Source: a virus (lineage: Duplodnaviria > Caudoviricetes). Taken from it: a stretch of DNA of 42,151 nucleotides. The stretch covers positions 1-42,151 of IMG/VR virus record IMGVR_UViG_3300043676_000010; one strand, written 5' to 3'. Below the pieces are notes generated by a model. That model had not been told where the DNA came from. It did not search any database and was given only the letters and a program-made list of their open reading frames with translations. Position numbers and translations under genes: made by a program. The first letter of the stretch is position 1, and each line of letters begins with the position of its first letter. Below are positions 17,594 to 26,974 of this stretch, piece by piece.

Positions 17594-18243
17594 TAGAGTT
17601 GCTGCGTATAGATTGCATGGAGTATATGAAAACAGTCCCTGATAAGTTCTTTGACTTAGCTATTGCAAACCCCCCTTATGGAATAAATGCTGCCAATGAT
17701 AATAGATTTAATACTAAGTCAAGGGGTGCTGGAAGTGCAAGAAAAAACTATATAAAAAAGAATTGGGATATATCAATACCAGATGATGAATATTTCAATG
17801 AGATTTATAGAGTATCTAAAGAGCAAATTATTTGGGGTGCAAATTACTTCGGATTAATTGGTGGAATGTTGTTTTGGCATAAAAACCAAACATCTTACAC
17901 ATCATCAAATGGGGAGATTGCATTTTTATCTATGAAGTATGGGATTGATTATGTAAATATTCTTTGGCATGGGGCATATCAGCAAAATATGAAGAGTAAG
18001 GAAAGACGTATTCACCCAACACAAAAACCAGTTGAACTTTATAAGTGGCTGTTAAAAAACTATGCTAAAGAGGGAGATAATATATTCGATTCTCATGGTG
18101 GTTCAATGTCAATAGCAATAGCCTGCCACGATATGAAATTTGATTTAACCCTTTGCGAAATTGATAAAGATTACTATGATGCAGGAGTAAAGAGATATGA
18201 AAACCATAAAAATCAGTTAACAACAGATATTTTTTTTAAATAA
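17590..18243 (+). CDS. N6-adenine/N4-cytosine DNA methyltransferase (beta order)
   Basis: NPPY, HPTQKP, IFDSHGGS. Confidence 0.85.
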   Translation: MIELLRIDCMEYMKTVPDKFFDLAIANPPYGINAANDNRFNTKSRGAGSARKNYIKKNWDISIPDDEYFNEIYRVSKEQIIWGANYFGLIGGMLFWHKNQTSYTSSNGEIAFLSMKYGIDYVNILWHGAYQQNMKSKERRIHPTQKPVELYKWLLKNYAKEGDNIFDSHGGSMSIAIACHDMKFDLTLCEIDKDYYDAGVKRYENHKNQLTTDIFFK

Positions 18244-18249
18244 TTTATT

Positions 18250-19284
18250 ATGATCAAACTTAAAACAGAATCACTACGCCAGTTCCAGAAACGAGCCGTT
18301 CAGCTTACTACTAACACCCTCTTACCTATACTAACCAATCTGAAGCTGAGTTACTCTGGAGATATTTGCACTTTGACTAAGAATAATATCGGGGCTGTAA
18401 TCGTAGGGCAAGTTGAAGCTACTGGAGATGCTTGCAACATTCTTATTAACGAACGGATATTTTTTGCAATAGTATCTTCAAGCAAGCAAGAGTTTATTGA
18501 GATCCAAGTTGAAGCAGACCGCATTCTGATTATTGATAGTGATAAAACTTACTTGCCTATCGAAGATATAAATCAATTCGTCAGTCCGCCAGAGTACAGT
18601 TCAGAAGCTGATGCATTTAAGTTCCGACAGAATCATCTGAAAGCTATCCGTATTGCATCTAACTTCACTAACGATTTACCATCAGCTGGATTTATGCAGT
18701 TCGTTCATACTTCAGGTGAAAACATATTCGCTTTCCATACTAACTATTTTTATATTAACGGATCGTTTAAAGGATTACCAGTAGCAAGTCTGCGAAGTGA
18801 AGAAATAAAAATATTGTCTGAGATAGATGAAATTGAGTTTATGGATCTTCCTAATCATCACGTTTTCTTTACTCCTGGTTATGAATATATTTTCACAAAG
18901 ACTGAAGCCGCTATGCCAAAGTTGGACGCGGTGTTCGCTTCGCTGAACTTACCAGGTAAAAACTTTACTTGTAATACTTCAGACTTGGTAGATTTCATTC
19001 AACGCGCTAACTTAGTTTCGGATTCGGAAATAGCACAATGCTCAATGACTTCTGCCGGGATGTTTCTGCAACTAAAGATTGATGATGCAAATTATTCTCG
19101 TTCTAACGAACGATTGATTAGTAGTACAGGAGAACCCGATGAATGGACATTTAACAGTCGGGTTCTTTTAAATCCTATGCGAGCCATACCTTATGAGATA
19201 CTTAACGCAAAGACAAATCGTAATTATTTAATCATTCAAGCCGGTCAAGAGTGGTACTCGTTTGCTGGCATGAGCAAAAATTAA
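18250..19284 (+). CDS. DNA polymerase III beta-clamp-like protein
   Basis: 344 aa; N-terminal LPILTNLKL resembles DnaN; replication context. Confidence 0.65.
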   Translation: MIKLKTESLRQFQKRAVQLTTNTLLPILTNLKLSYSGDICTLTKNNIGAVIVGQVEATGDACNILINERIFFAIVSSSKQEFIEIQVEADRILIIDSDKTYLPIEDINQFVSPPEYSSEADAFKFRQNHLKAIRIASNFTNDLPSAGFMQFVHTSGENIFAFHTNYFYINGSFKGLPVASLRSEEIKILSEIDEIEFMDLPNHHVFFTPGYEYIFTKTEAAMPKLDAVFASLNLPGKNFTCNTSDLVDFIQRANLVSDSEIAQCSMTSAGMFLQLKIDDANYSRSNERLISSTGEPDEWTFNSRVLLNPMRAIPYEILNAKTNRNYLIIQAGQEWYSFAGMSKN

Positions 19285-19288
19285 TATA

Positions 19289-19609
19289 ATGAAAAAAGAA
19301 CTAAAACAACTTAGAGACATTATTGAAGAGTTTCAGGATATTGAAAATCCATATTCAGAGAAACTTGAAAAGTGTATTACTTTAATAGATACTATTGAAG
19401 ATGATATGCAAGAACTTGTTGACGAAGTAGATACCTTAAAAGGAGAGCTGGATGATGCAAATACTGAAATTAGTAACTTACAAGATGCAGAACCTGATTA
19501 CGGTAACAGTGTTGATTTAGGTCTTGATACTATCCACTACAAACTCGAATCAGGCAACTTAAAAGTATCTCAACAACTTGAATCAGCATTTAATCTTATA
19601 AAATTATGA
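19289..19609 (+). CDS. Acidic coiled-coil protein
   Basis: D/E-rich heptads. Confidence 0.6.
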   Translation: MKKELKQLRDIIEEFQDIENPYSEKLEKCITLIDTIEDDMQELVDEVDTLKGELDDANTEISNLQDAEPDYGNSVDLGLDTIHYKLESGNLKVSQQLESAFNLIKL

Positions 19610-19866
19610 ACGACGATCTATTCGGAGACGTAATGAAACAACCAGAAGGTGAAGAGTGGCGAGAGCATTGGAAAGGTATGCCAGAGTTTAAGCAGCTTGA
19701 TGCAGAGCCTTGGAAGTCAGTCGTAGTACATTTTGAGGATGAGAAAGCGATGCTGGACTTCGCTAAAATGATGGATCAGAAAATCACATTCAAAACACCG
19801 TCGATATGGTACCCTAAAGTTGACAGAGTAGCCGCTATTGATAAAATATGGACTGACAAAGTATGA
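19606..19866 (+). CDS. Small protein coupled to the glycosyltransferase gene
   Basis: EHWKGMPEF; ATGA overlap with the next gene. Confidence 0.65.
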   Translation: MNDDLFGDVMKQPEGEEWREHWKGMPEFKQLDAEPWKSVVVHFEDEKAMLDFAKMMDQKITFKTPSIWYPKVDRVAAIDKIWTDKV

Positions 19867-20696
19867 ACCCCAGACATCCTATCTATGTAATATCTAAGGG
19901 CCGCTCTGAGTCGCGCCTAACAGCTCGGGCACTGGAGATGATGAGAGTACCATACCAGATTGTAATTGAGCCCCAAGAGCTGGAACAGTACTCACAGGTA
20001 ATTGATCCGGCTAAAATACTCGTATTGCCTTTCTCAAACTTAGGGCAAGGCTCTATCCCGGCCAGAAACTTCGTATGGGAGCACTCTTTTGGACGATCCA
20101 CGCACCATTGGATTCTTGATGATAATATCAATGGCTTTGGTAGGCTGACCGGCAATATGAAGATCCACGTCGATTCAGGCACTATTCTACGAGCAGCCGA
20201 GGATTTCGTGGACCGCTACGAGAACATTAGTATGGCAGGGTTCGAGTATGATTACTTCCTGCCACGCAAGGTTAAGGTCGATCCTTACCGGCTTAATACC
20301 AGGGTTTACTCGAATATTCTGATTAAGAACGATCTACCATTCAGGTGGCGGGGAAAGTATAACGAAGACACCGATCTATCGCTTAGAGTGCTGAAAGCAG
20401 GGTATTGTACCGTATTATTCCAAGCATTTATAGCCTACAAAGTACCGACTCTAATGATGAAAGGCGGTAATACTGATTCGGTTTATGCCACTGGAGATAA
20501 GAGGCGAGAGTTTGCTGAATCTCTGAAAGCTCAGCACCCAGATGTAACTGAGGTAGTATGGAGATACGGCCGTTGGCATCATGATGTAGATTACAGAAGG
20601 TTTTCGTATAATAAACTGATTAGAAAAACCGGAATTAAGATACCTACTGAAGATCAGTACCCTATGGAGATTAAAAATGTTAATAACTTTATTTGA
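19863..20696 (+). CDS. TAGT/GREB1-like glycosyltransferase (putative DNA modification)
   Basis: PIYVISKGR, ARNFVWE, WILDDN, EDTDLSLRVL, MKGGNT. Confidence 0.75.
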   Translation: MNPRHPIYVISKGRSESRLTARALEMMRVPYQIVIEPQELEQYSQVIDPAKILVLPFSNLGQGSIPARNFVWEHSFGRSTHHWILDDNINGFGRLTGNMKIHVDSGTILRAAEDFVDRYENISMAGFEYDYFLPRKVKVDPYRLNTRVYSNILIKNDLPFRWRGKYNEDTDLSLRVLKAGYCTVLFQAFIAYKVPTLMMKGGNTDSVYATGDKRREFAESLKAQHPDVTEVVWRYGRWHHDVDYRRFSYNKLIRKTGIKIPTEDQYPMEIKNVNNFI

Positions 20697-20725
20697 TTTG
20701 AGTATACAGCATTCAAGATAAGTAG

Positions 20726-20733
20726 TATATTTG
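20726..20733 (+). promoter_or_regulatory. Bacteroidota-type -7 box
   Basis: TATATTTG, exact TAnnTTTG, in an intergenic gap just before ATG 20749. Confidence 0.6.
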
Positions 20734-20748
20734 TCAAAACTTAAAATT

Positions 20749-20955
20749 ATGAAACAGTTTACAGTTAGAGAAACTCAATATTCGGATGGTAGCTTTGGTT
20801 ATTTCATGGAAATAAAAAATGGTGGAGTTGCTGAGTTAACAAAAAAGTCTTTCAAAAATATTATAACTGCTGGATTTCTTAACATAGATATGAAGAAATC
20901 TAAAGTTATTCAAGGATCGAAACGCCGTAATGTTATCCATACTTATTATGTCTAA
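20749..20955 (+). CDS. Hypothetical protein
   Basis: ATG 20749 downstream of the promoter box. Confidence 0.55.
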   Translation: MKQFTVRETQYSDGSFGYFMEIKNGGVAELTKKSFKNIITAGFLNIDMKKSKVIQGSKRRNVIHTYYV

Positions 20956-21100
20956 TACTAACACCCACGGTGGATCCAGACCTAACTCTGGCCGCCCTAA
21001 AGAAAAGCCGACCAAGGTATTACATTTCAGAGTGCCATTGAAGAAAGCGGCTACATTAAAATTTCTTATTAAAGAACTTATAAAACGAGTTGTTAAATGA
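20948..21100 (+). CDS. Small DNA-binding protein (50 aa, not in ORF track)
   Basis: HGGSRPNSGRPK followed by KVLHFRVP (RHH-like); overlaps both neighbours. Confidence 0.65.
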   Translation: MSNTNTHGGSRPNSGRPKEKPTKVLHFRVPLKKAATLKFLIKELIKRVVK

Positions 21101-21279
21101 AAACATACGAAGATAACGGCTTCAGATATTTCTGGGATTATCATATAAAAATGTGGACTATTTACCCAATAGATAAAGAAGGCAATCAGTTAAGTAAAGG
21201 CGCAGAGCATTATGGCTATAAAGAGCAGTTAATAAAGAATTACCCACAACTTAAATTTAAAGTATATGGCAGACTTTAA
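21097..21279 (+). CDS. Hypothetical protein
   Basis: ATGA overlap. Confidence 0.55.
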   Translation: MKTYEDNGFRYFWDYHIKMWTIYPIDKEGNQLSKGAEHYGYKEQLIKNYPQLKFKVYGRL

Positions 21280-21487
21280 ACACTTAGGATATTTTAAAGA
21301 GTTTTATATTGGTAATAAGTTTATTGGTAACTTATCGCTAAATGAGCCAGATCGTGAATTAACTGGTTATGCAGGCAGAGTATTTGAAACTACGACTGAT
21401 CAGGTTATTCTTGAGAATGGTAAGAAAATTAAAGCCGGTACCAAGATAATGACCATGGTTTATCCTTTAAACGGAAGAAAGTTATGA
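21266..21487 (+). CDS. Hypothetical protein
   Basis: Operon packing. Confidence 0.55.
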   Translation: MADFKHLGYFKEFYIGNKFIGNLSLNEPDRELTGYAGRVFETTTDQVILENGKKIKAGTKIMTMVYPLNGRKL

Positions 21488-21675
21488 AGCCTATTATCCC
21501 CAACATTATCTTTAAGTCTGCTTTATGGCTACGGCAGAACGATATGGATTACGAGGCGAAGTATCTGGTGCAGTATTATATGCTAACAGAGAGGCAGCAA
21601 CAAATCTTTAATATGATTAACGATAAACAAATCTTCGGTGTAGTAGAAGGTAAGATGGAGGGTAATCATGGGTAA
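21484..21675 (+). CDS. Hypothetical protein
   Basis: Operon packing. Confidence 0.55.
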   Translation: MKPIIPNIIFKSALWLRQNDMDYEAKYLVQYYMLTERQQQIFNMINDKQIFGVVEGKMEGNHG

Positions 21676-22132
21676 TTGGAAACTACGCTACGCAGAAGCG
21701 CATAAACAATGGCAGTTGAAAGAATATCCTGCAAGCTGTAAAGACTTCGGATGGATCTCGCCTAAATATCCTGATGTAAGAACTTCCAACGGCCTTACAC
21801 GAATGATATTATATTTTCTAAAGTGGGAGGGTTGGAGGGCTACGAGAGTAAGCTCAGCAGGTAGACTGGTAGCGAAGAATGAAAGAATGCCGTCAGGTAT
21901 AGTATTGCAAGGTAAGGGTTGGATCCCTTCAACTACACGGAAGGGTTCAGCAGATATTTCAGCTACTATACGCGGTAAGTCTGCAATGTTTGAAGTAAAG
22001 ATTGGACGTGATAAACCTTCAGAATATCAGCTTAAAGAGCAAGAGTTGGAAAGAAAAGCTGGAGGGGTTTATGAGTTTGTGCATGATGCGGATGAGTTTT
22101 TCGAGTTATATGATAAATTGTTATTATCTTAG
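21668..22132 (+). CDS. VRR-NUC-like PD-(D/E)xK nuclease
   Basis: GSADI...FEVKIGRDKPSEYQ...GGVY. Confidence 0.75.
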   Translation: MGNWKLRYAEAHKQWQLKEYPASCKDFGWISPKYPDVRTSNGLTRMILYFLKWEGWRATRVSSAGRLVAKNERMPSGIVLQGKGWIPSTTRKGSADISATIRGKSAMFEVKIGRDKPSEYQLKEQELERKAGGVYEFVHDADEFFELYDKLLLS

Positions 22133-22236
22133 AGTTGGCGACACAAATAAAATCATTATAATGTTAAGGGGGTCGCGGTCATGAGTTTCAACACTCATCT
22201 CCTACGGTGTCGCTACCCGGCCCTCTTAACTTTATA
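22125..22236 (+). promoter_or_regulatory. TATCTTAG box plus structured leader (element B)
   Basis: 22136-22144/22207-22215 pairing interleaved with 13-bp stem 22163-22175/22218-22230. Confidence 0.6.
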
Positions 22237-22249
22237 CTAAAGCGGCACC

Positions 22250-24544
22250 ATGGACATAAAAATTTTCTCGGATCTCTTCGAGATTGGACTTCACCCCCTT
22301 CCAATTTTTTGGGATATAGAAAAGAAAACAGCAACAGGTTATCCTGAACACGTTACTGATGTTCAGTCAGGTAATGGTAAGCATGATTTGAATGATGTTA
22401 AACGATGGCTACAAAACATAACAAATGCAAATGGTATTGCACTGAAACTATATCCGCCTTTCTTCATGTTTGATTTTGATTTAAAGAATACTACTGATAA
22501 AACAGTTTTTGATCACTGGCTTAAAAAAGTAAATGCTACAAATTCTGACGTACTAAGTAAGTTATGTATTGAGAAAACAAGGTCAGGTGGTTATCATGTA
22601 TATGCAAAGTTTTCACAAGTATCACATAAGAAAATGTTGGCTGCTTCTGAAGATGGTAAAGAAGTTATCAGTATTTACACTGGTGGTTTATTATCGTTCT
22701 GCTATCCTACTCCTGAGTATAATTTAATCCATAATGATTTTACTGATATAGAAGAACTAACACAAGATGAGTTCGACCTATTAACAGCGTGTGGGCTTTT
22801 CTTTAATAAGTACACACCTAAAGATGGCGAGTACGTTCCTGGCGAAGTAATTGATTACCCGATAGAGTACGAATCAATCGCAATGCAGTTTGATAATAAG
22901 TGTACTGATGATTTATTTGAAAAACTATTAAACACTCTTGAATTATTCCCTGTTAAAGATCAAAGAGCAAAGCGAGTTAAAGACGGAGCTACATATTTTT
23001 TCTACTTACGTAAAGGGTCGGTAGCAGCTTATTCAGCAAAAGCACGGTTTGATAAAAAGCGGTTATTTATTTTCTCTGGTAGTTTTATTAAGTTCCCAAA
23101 CTTTCATACAAGAATAAACGAAGCAGATAAATCATGGAGACTTACACCAACGAAAATAATATTCTACTATTTTGATAAAGATTGGGGTAAGACTATTGAT
23201 ACTATAAGAGAACTATCTGAAGAGTATAAAATTGAATTAGTAGAAACGAGTAAAGCTAAACAACCAATTCAAGATAGGCTAAAATTCCCATATGATATAT
23301 TCCCAGAATCGGTACAGCAATATATTTTCTGTCAATCTATACAGCATGAGTATTTAGCGGCTGCAATATTATCTGCTATTAGTACAACTATTGGAAATTC
23401 TGTTGTATTATACCCAATGCCTGGTTATAGAGTGAAATCAATTTTATATATGGCAATAGTAGCTCCTCCCGGAGCAAGTAAGACGCCTGCAATAAATAAA
23501 GCATTTGAGCCTATTGAAAGAATAGATCAGAAGATGTTTGAAGAGTACGAAGCAAAAATGATTGATTATAAAAAGTTACTTACAGAGTATGAACAGAATA
23601 AAAAGAGCGGAGGCGAAAAACCTGAGCAACCTTTCTTCCCTCAGACTTTAATAAAGGATAGTACTATCGAGATGGTTGCAAAGATTCTTACGTTTAATAA
23701 AAACGGATGCTGTCTACTTGCTGATGAGCTGATTGGTTTTCTTAATAGAATGAATCAGTATAAACAGGGTGATGAGATCCAGAAATGGTTGGAATTATGG
23801 TCAGGCTCGTCTATACTTATTCAACGGGTGACGAGAGAAGCAAATAAAATCCCTGATGCTTGTTGTTCTATCTTAGGAGGTATACAACCAGGAGTTGTAG
23901 ACGCTATGGGTAAAGATGAGAATCAGTACAATGGTTTTTATCATCGTTTCTTATTTGTCTACCCTGAGCCATGGACTAAAGTTGAGTGGAAACAGATATT
24001 CGTACCTGAATCAGTACAGGATTCATTTTACTACTTATTTGAATCTCTTTATAAGTTAAGATCAGAAGATCAGATGTATTATTTTCTATCTGATAAGGCT
24101 AACGAGATATATAAAGAATGGTTCGACGGAAAGAATAAATACTATGATAAATCAGATAATGATAATGTAAAAGGTATTATTGCAAAGTACCAGGATTACT
24201 GCCTTCGTTTCTCGCTTATTATACAAGTAGTAACTGATGGGAATAAGAGATCAACAATAGTTACCCATCTTTCAATGGAACGAGCCATACGGCTTACAGA
24301 GTACTTCCTTGGAAACATAAATAAAATACTGAAAATACTTTCGCCTGAAAGCCCTGTTGATAAGTTAGACCCTAAATGGAAAGCTATTTATGACGAGTTA
24401 CCAGAGAATTTTACGACAAAGACAATTGTAACAGTTTCTATGGCTAAAGGTAACAGTCCAGCTGTTACTAAGGTCGTTTTAGGGCGTTGGACAGGTAAAT
24501 TGGTTCAGAAAACCAATAGAGGTGAGTATGAAAAGATTTTTTAA
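22250..24544 (+). CDS. Primase-polymerase fused to DUF3987-type helicase/ATPase
   Basis: FDFD and TRSGGYHVY prim-pol motifs; APPGASKT, LADEL, GGIQP, GFYHRFLF. Confidence 0.85.
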   Translation: MDIKIFSDLFEIGLHPLPIFWDIEKKTATGYPEHVTDVQSGNGKHDLNDVKRWLQNITNANGIALKLYPPFFMFDFDLKNTTDKTVFDHWLKKVNATNSDVLSKLCIEKTRSGGYHVYAKFSQVSHKKMLAASEDGKEVISIYTGGLLSFCYPTPEYNLIHNDFTDIEELTQDEFDLLTACGLFFNKYTPKDGEYVPGEVIDYPIEYESIAMQFDNKCTDDLFEKLLNTLELFPVKDQRAKRVKDGATYFFYLRKGSVAAYSAKARFDKKRLFIFSGSFIKFPNFHTRINEADKSWRLTPTKIIFYYFDKDWGKTIDTIRELSEEYKIELVETSKAKQPIQDRLKFPYDIFPESVQQYIFCQSIQHEYLAAAILSAISTTIGNSVVLYPMPGYRVKSILYMAIVAPPGASKTPAINKAFEPIERIDQKMFEEYEAKMIDYKKLLTEYEQNKKSGGEKPEQPFFPQTLIKDSTIEMVAKILTFNKNGCCLLADELIGFLNRMNQYKQGDEIQKWLELWSGSSILIQRVTREANKIPDACCSILGGIQPGVVDAMGKDENQYNGFYHRFLFVYPEPWTKVEWKQIFVPESVQDSFYYLFESLYKLRSEDQMYYFLSDKANEIYKEWFDGKNKYYDKSDNDNVKGIIAKYQDYCLRFSLIIQVVTDGNKRSTIVTHLSMERAIRLTEYFLGNINKILKILSPESPVDKLDPKWKAIYDELPENFTTKTIVTVSMAKGNSPAVTKVVLGRWTGKLVQKTNRGEYEKIF

Positions 24545-24559
24545 GTGAATTTTAATCGT

Positions 24560-24825
24560 ATAACTGATTGATAATCATATATAGTAACATCGGTAACAGC
24601 AAAGTAACAGAGTAGTGTTACCTTTTAATGATTGATAATCATAGTAGTTATACGGATAGTAACAAAGTAACAGTAAACTATTAAGAGTAAAAAACTTTAT
24701 ATATATAGTAGTTACTTTTACAGACAGATACCCCGAAAAAACTGTTACTTTTGTTACTTTAGCTAATAATCAAGCAGTTAGCTGTTACTTTGGCTGTTAC
24801 CTTTATGTTACCACTGTTACTTTGA
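24560..24825. repeat. Iteron-like GTAAC/GTTAC array, putative replication origin
   Basis: 5 GTAAC and 8 GTTAC copies around a TATATATATA core, directly after the primase-helicase gene. Confidence 0.7.
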
Positions 24826-24858
24826 AGTAATTTGTAAAATGTTTATAACTTTACATTA

Positions 24859-25278
24859 ATGGACATTATAAAAAAGGCTATGCTGGATGCGATGAGTAAA
24901 TCTTACGGAATTATTTCATACGCAGCAGAAGCAGTTGGTATAAGCAGGCAGACACATTATAACTGGATAAAAGAAGATCCAGAATATGCTTTGGCTATTG
25001 AGAATGTGAATGAAGCTGCTATTGATTTTGTTGAAGGTAAGTTGCGTGAGAAGATTAATGGAGTTACTATCGGAAAGATTCAAGATGGTGAGTTGGTAAC
25101 TTACGAACAACCACCTTCAGATACTGCAATAATATTCTACTTAAAAACTAAGGCTAAGAAACGTGGCTACGTAGAACGTACTGAAGTTTCACCAGTAGAT
25201 CCAGACGGTAACGCAGTTCAACCTATCATAAACATAAACGTAATAAGAACGAAGAAAGAAATTGATGATTCGTTGTAA
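24859..25278 (+). CDS. terS: Terminase small subunit
   Basis: HTH (AAEAVGISRQTHYNW) plus DTAIIFYLKTKAKKRGYVER. Confidence 0.75.
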   Translation: MDIIKKAMLDAMSKSYGIISYAAEAVGISRQTHYNWIKEDPEYALAIENVNEAAIDFVEGKLREKINGVTIGKIQDGELVTYEQPPSDTAIIFYLKTKAKKRGYVERTEVSPVDPDGNAVQPIININVIRTKKEIDDSL

Positions 25279-25306
25279 ACTAAGTTGGTTAATGGTTTTT
25301 TGATAA

Positions 25307-25339
25307 GAGTCCTGGAGTTTCTACTTCGGGACTTTATTA
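25307..25339 (+). terminator. Putative terminator after terS
   Basis: GAGTCCTGGAG/CTTCGGGACTT stem followed by TAT. Confidence 0.5.
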
Positions 25340-25477
25340 TAAATGCGAAACCCCAATAGAGAATTGGGGTCGTGCGAGAAATTGACTAATTGTTTATGAA
25401 ACAGACAAGCACCACTGCTTAAAGTCTATTACAAAATAAAGTTAGTAACATTTATACTATCTATGAAATATTTTATT

Positions 25478-25605
25478 TACTTTAGTCCTCTAAACTGCAT
25501 TGTGCCGCAGATGATCAAAAAATATAACGATAATAAAGGTAGTACATTAACTGCGTCTCCATCTTCGGGTGACGGCGGCACAACTTTTAGTGTACTGCCC
25601 TTACT
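25478..25605 (+). promoter_or_regulatory. TACTTTAG box plus structured leader (element C)
   Basis: 25500-25508/25575-25583 pairing interleaved with 13-bp stem 25538-25550/25587-25599; inner cUUCGg hairpin. Confidence 0.6.
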
Positions 25606-25620
25606 ATTAAAACATAAGTT

Positions 25621-25833
25621 ATGAATAATCCAGTTTATGAAGTCATTGGTATAGTACCAGGTAAAGACGAGCCAAAAAGAATTGTATTACATGATGATTG
25701 GGGCGGGTATAGTAGAAATGATGCTATGGACTACGCCGCAATGTTTCATGGAATAGACCAAATAATTTCTATCAAGCAAGGGACTTTAGACAAAGGCGTT
25801 TTTATTCCTTCACCAACTTTTGCAACTATTTAA
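25621..25833 (+). CDS. Hypothetical protein
   Basis: First ORF after element C. Confidence 0.6.
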   Translation: MNNPVYEVIGIVPGKDEPKRIVLHDDWGGYSRNDAMDYAAMFHGIDQIISIKQGTLDKGVFIPSPTFATI

Positions 25834-25843
25834 ATTTACATAT

Positions 25844-26044
25844 ATGTCAGACATCACAACCGAAAAGAAACCCCGCGCCAAACGAACTGTTAGAAGTTCT
25901 GAAGTTGTAACTAAGAGTGCGTTAGCTTTGCCACTGCAACAAAGAGTTGATCTTGTAGAAACATTAAGGGTCTCCATTGATATGGAGGTTGAAGGATTAA
26001 AAGCTGCTGCTGATCAAGCAGAGAAAATTGCGAAACGATCTTAA
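25844..26044 (+). CDS. Hypothetical protein
   Basis: ATG 25844 preferred over the TTG at 25820. Confidence 0.55.
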   Translation: MSDITTEKKPRAKRTVRSSEVVTKSALALPLQQRVDLVETLRVSIDMEVEGLKAAADQAEKIAKRS

Positions 26045-26055
26045 ATTTATTTACT

Positions 26056-26376
26056 ATGCGACTAGACATCTATCATCACATGGTTTACGATGACAACTGT
26101 AAAGAGTTGGACATAAAACAGTCTCTCAATTCAATTTTTAATATTCTAAAACAAATTAAAATGGAACAATCAGAATTAGCGGCGCAATTAACCGCACTTA
26201 CAGAACAAACAGAGAAAGCCAAAGCAGAGATCCTGGCTAAGTTAGCTGACCTGGATGCAGCATTACAAGCAGCAGATGATGTAACGCCTGAAGTGCAAGC
26301 AGCTTTTGATGCTTTAAAATCTTCTGTACAAGGTGTTGATGACATCGTAGCTGATGCACCAACTCCGACTGTGTAA
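26056..26376 (+). CDS. Ala-rich helical protein
   Basis: Coiled-coil pattern; followed by a terminator. Confidence 0.65.
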   Translation: MRLDIYHHMVYDDNCKELDIKQSLNSIFNILKQIKMEQSELAAQLTALTEQTEKAKAEILAKLADLDAALQAADDVTPEVQAAFDALKSSVQGVDDIVADAPTPTV

Positions 26377-26380
26377 CTCA

Positions 26381-26406
26381 TAGCCCTGAGTAATCGGGGC
26401 TATTTA
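26381..26406 (+). terminator. Rho-independent terminator
   Basis: TAGCCCTGA-GTAA-TCGGGGCTA then TTT. Confidence 0.65.
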
Positions 26407-26417
26407 AACTAATCATC

Positions 26418-26681
26418 ATGCGCTTCACCCTCTTCATACTAATCTGCTGCATCATTGCTTCACTGTGTTCGTGTACAGATATGCGAAAGAATCCGTCAGT
26501 AACTTATACTGAAATTGTAGACGGGTGCAAATATGTTATTATGAGAACAACAAACGGAGTTGCTATGGTTCATGCTGGTGATTGTAGTAATAAGATTCAT
26601 AGTAGTATTATAGTGCCATCACCAAGTGTATTTTTATCAGTAGATACTATTTCAACATCATTTATCAAAATACGGAAATGA
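26418..26681 (+). CDS. Small lipoprotein
   Basis: Hydrophobic N-terminus ending LCS|C. Confidence 0.55.
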   Translation: MRFTLFILICCIIASLCSCTDMRKNPSVTYTEIVDGCKYVIMRTTNGVAMVHAGDCSNKIHSSIIVPSPSVFLSVDTISTSFIKIRK

Positions 26682-26974
26682 AAAATAAATATATTTTATT
26701 CCTATTCGCTTTGATTATAATCTTAGGTTGTTTATGTAGCTGTACTAAAGGTTGGGAAGATATTTCAGAGATGCCACCGCCTAAGAAAGTTTTCATAATC
26801 AGTAAACGATTTACTTCTGAATGGATTTACTTGAAAACTGTTACAGCAGAGATTAAAGGTGTAGATTGGCAGCCGTACTATAATCAGAAACCTGATACAT
26901 TGATTTCAACTTGCTCGATAGATAAAATTGATTCATTGTTTAAGATTGAAATACGGAGCTACGATATAAGATGA
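26678..26974 (+). CDS. Small lipoprotein
   Basis: Hydrophobic N-terminus ending LCS|C. Confidence 0.55.
   Translation: MKNKYILFLFALIIILGCLCSCTKGWEDISEMPPPKKVFIISKRFTSEWIYLKTVTAEIKGVDWQPYYNQKPDTLISTCSIDKIDSLFKIEIRSYDIR

Noticed and set aside
24560-24825. CRISPR array
   Set aside because: Repeats are 5-8 nt, inverted and irregularly spaced; no spacers or cas genes
11699-25605. tRNA insert as antisense regulator of leaders A-C
   Set aside because: Only matches of 6 nt or fewer found by eye (e.g. CGCAGT/ACTGCG at 25550), which is chance level
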